Source: Amoebidium appalachense
Lineage: Eukaryota; Protista; Ichthyosporea
Direction: 5' to 3'
DNA length: 64,000 nt
Assembly (NCBI GenBank): GCA_963693365.1
Contig: CAVNZM010000002.1
Coordinates: 868,001 to 932,000, forward strand
This document shows, in pieces, positions 63,623 through 64,000 of the stretch; the stretch's first letter is position 1; every line of letters begins with the position of its first letter. The position numbers were made by a program, and so were the translations under genes. The notes under the pieces were generated by a model, which saw only the letters and a program-made list of their open reading frames with translations, did no database searches and was not told the DNA's origin.

Positions 63623-64000
63623 CTGGTTGTGGAAAATGGGGAGGTGGAGAATAGGGGAGATACCATGTGCAGCGGGAACACAGAAGAGGAGCAGGGGTGG
63701 GGGATTTGGGCGAGAAAAAGAGAGAGGGAGAGAATGTGTGTGTGTGTTGGGGGGGGGGGGGGTAAAGGAGGGCGCAAGGTCAGTGCATGTCGCATGCAGT
63801 TACATGCTAAGATTTGGGACTGAAACAGGCTCAGTGGTAGTGACAAGAACAGCAGATCACGTGATCACAGCTGACGGTTGGTATGCATCACGGCCCTTGC
63901 ATTGGTTCGTGCAAATCATTCATGCATCATTTCCGGTTCAACAACGAAAGACAGGGAAAAAAGAAAGAAAAAGAGAAAGAAAAGAAAGGGCAAGAATAGA

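Overview
Eukaryotic, intron-dense genomic DNA, probably from a unicellular eukaryote (an ichthyosporean-like holozoan is a guess, not shown by the sequence). It is saturated with (CA/GT)n microsatellites and long poly-C/poly-G runs, so almost all ORFs in the supplied track are artefacts. Manual splicing gives six intron-containing genes and one intronless ORF: (1) the 3' part of a SETD3-like SET methyltransferase (+); (2) RNPC3/U11-U12-65K (+); (3) NAPRT (-); (4) a 166-aa orphan protein with a mitochondrial-presequence-like N-terminus (+); (5) an intronless 271-aa ORF (+); (6) a CLC-3/4/5-type Cl-/H+ exchanger (-) carrying a clear AT-AC U12 intron; (7) the 3' part of a bacterial-type YcbL/GloC metallo-beta-lactamase-fold hydrolase (-). 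The most unusual signal is a family of structured ~280-nt retroposon-like elements. Their conserved end (...T(C/T)(A/T)AAC) nearly always abuts a C-run, truncation is at the opposite end, and all intronic copies I found are co-oriented with their host genes, consistent with a poly(G/C)-anchored, possibly Penelope-like system. Two MITEs and LINE-like poly(A) 3' ends are also present. Exon coordinates were read by eye (about +/-2 nt).
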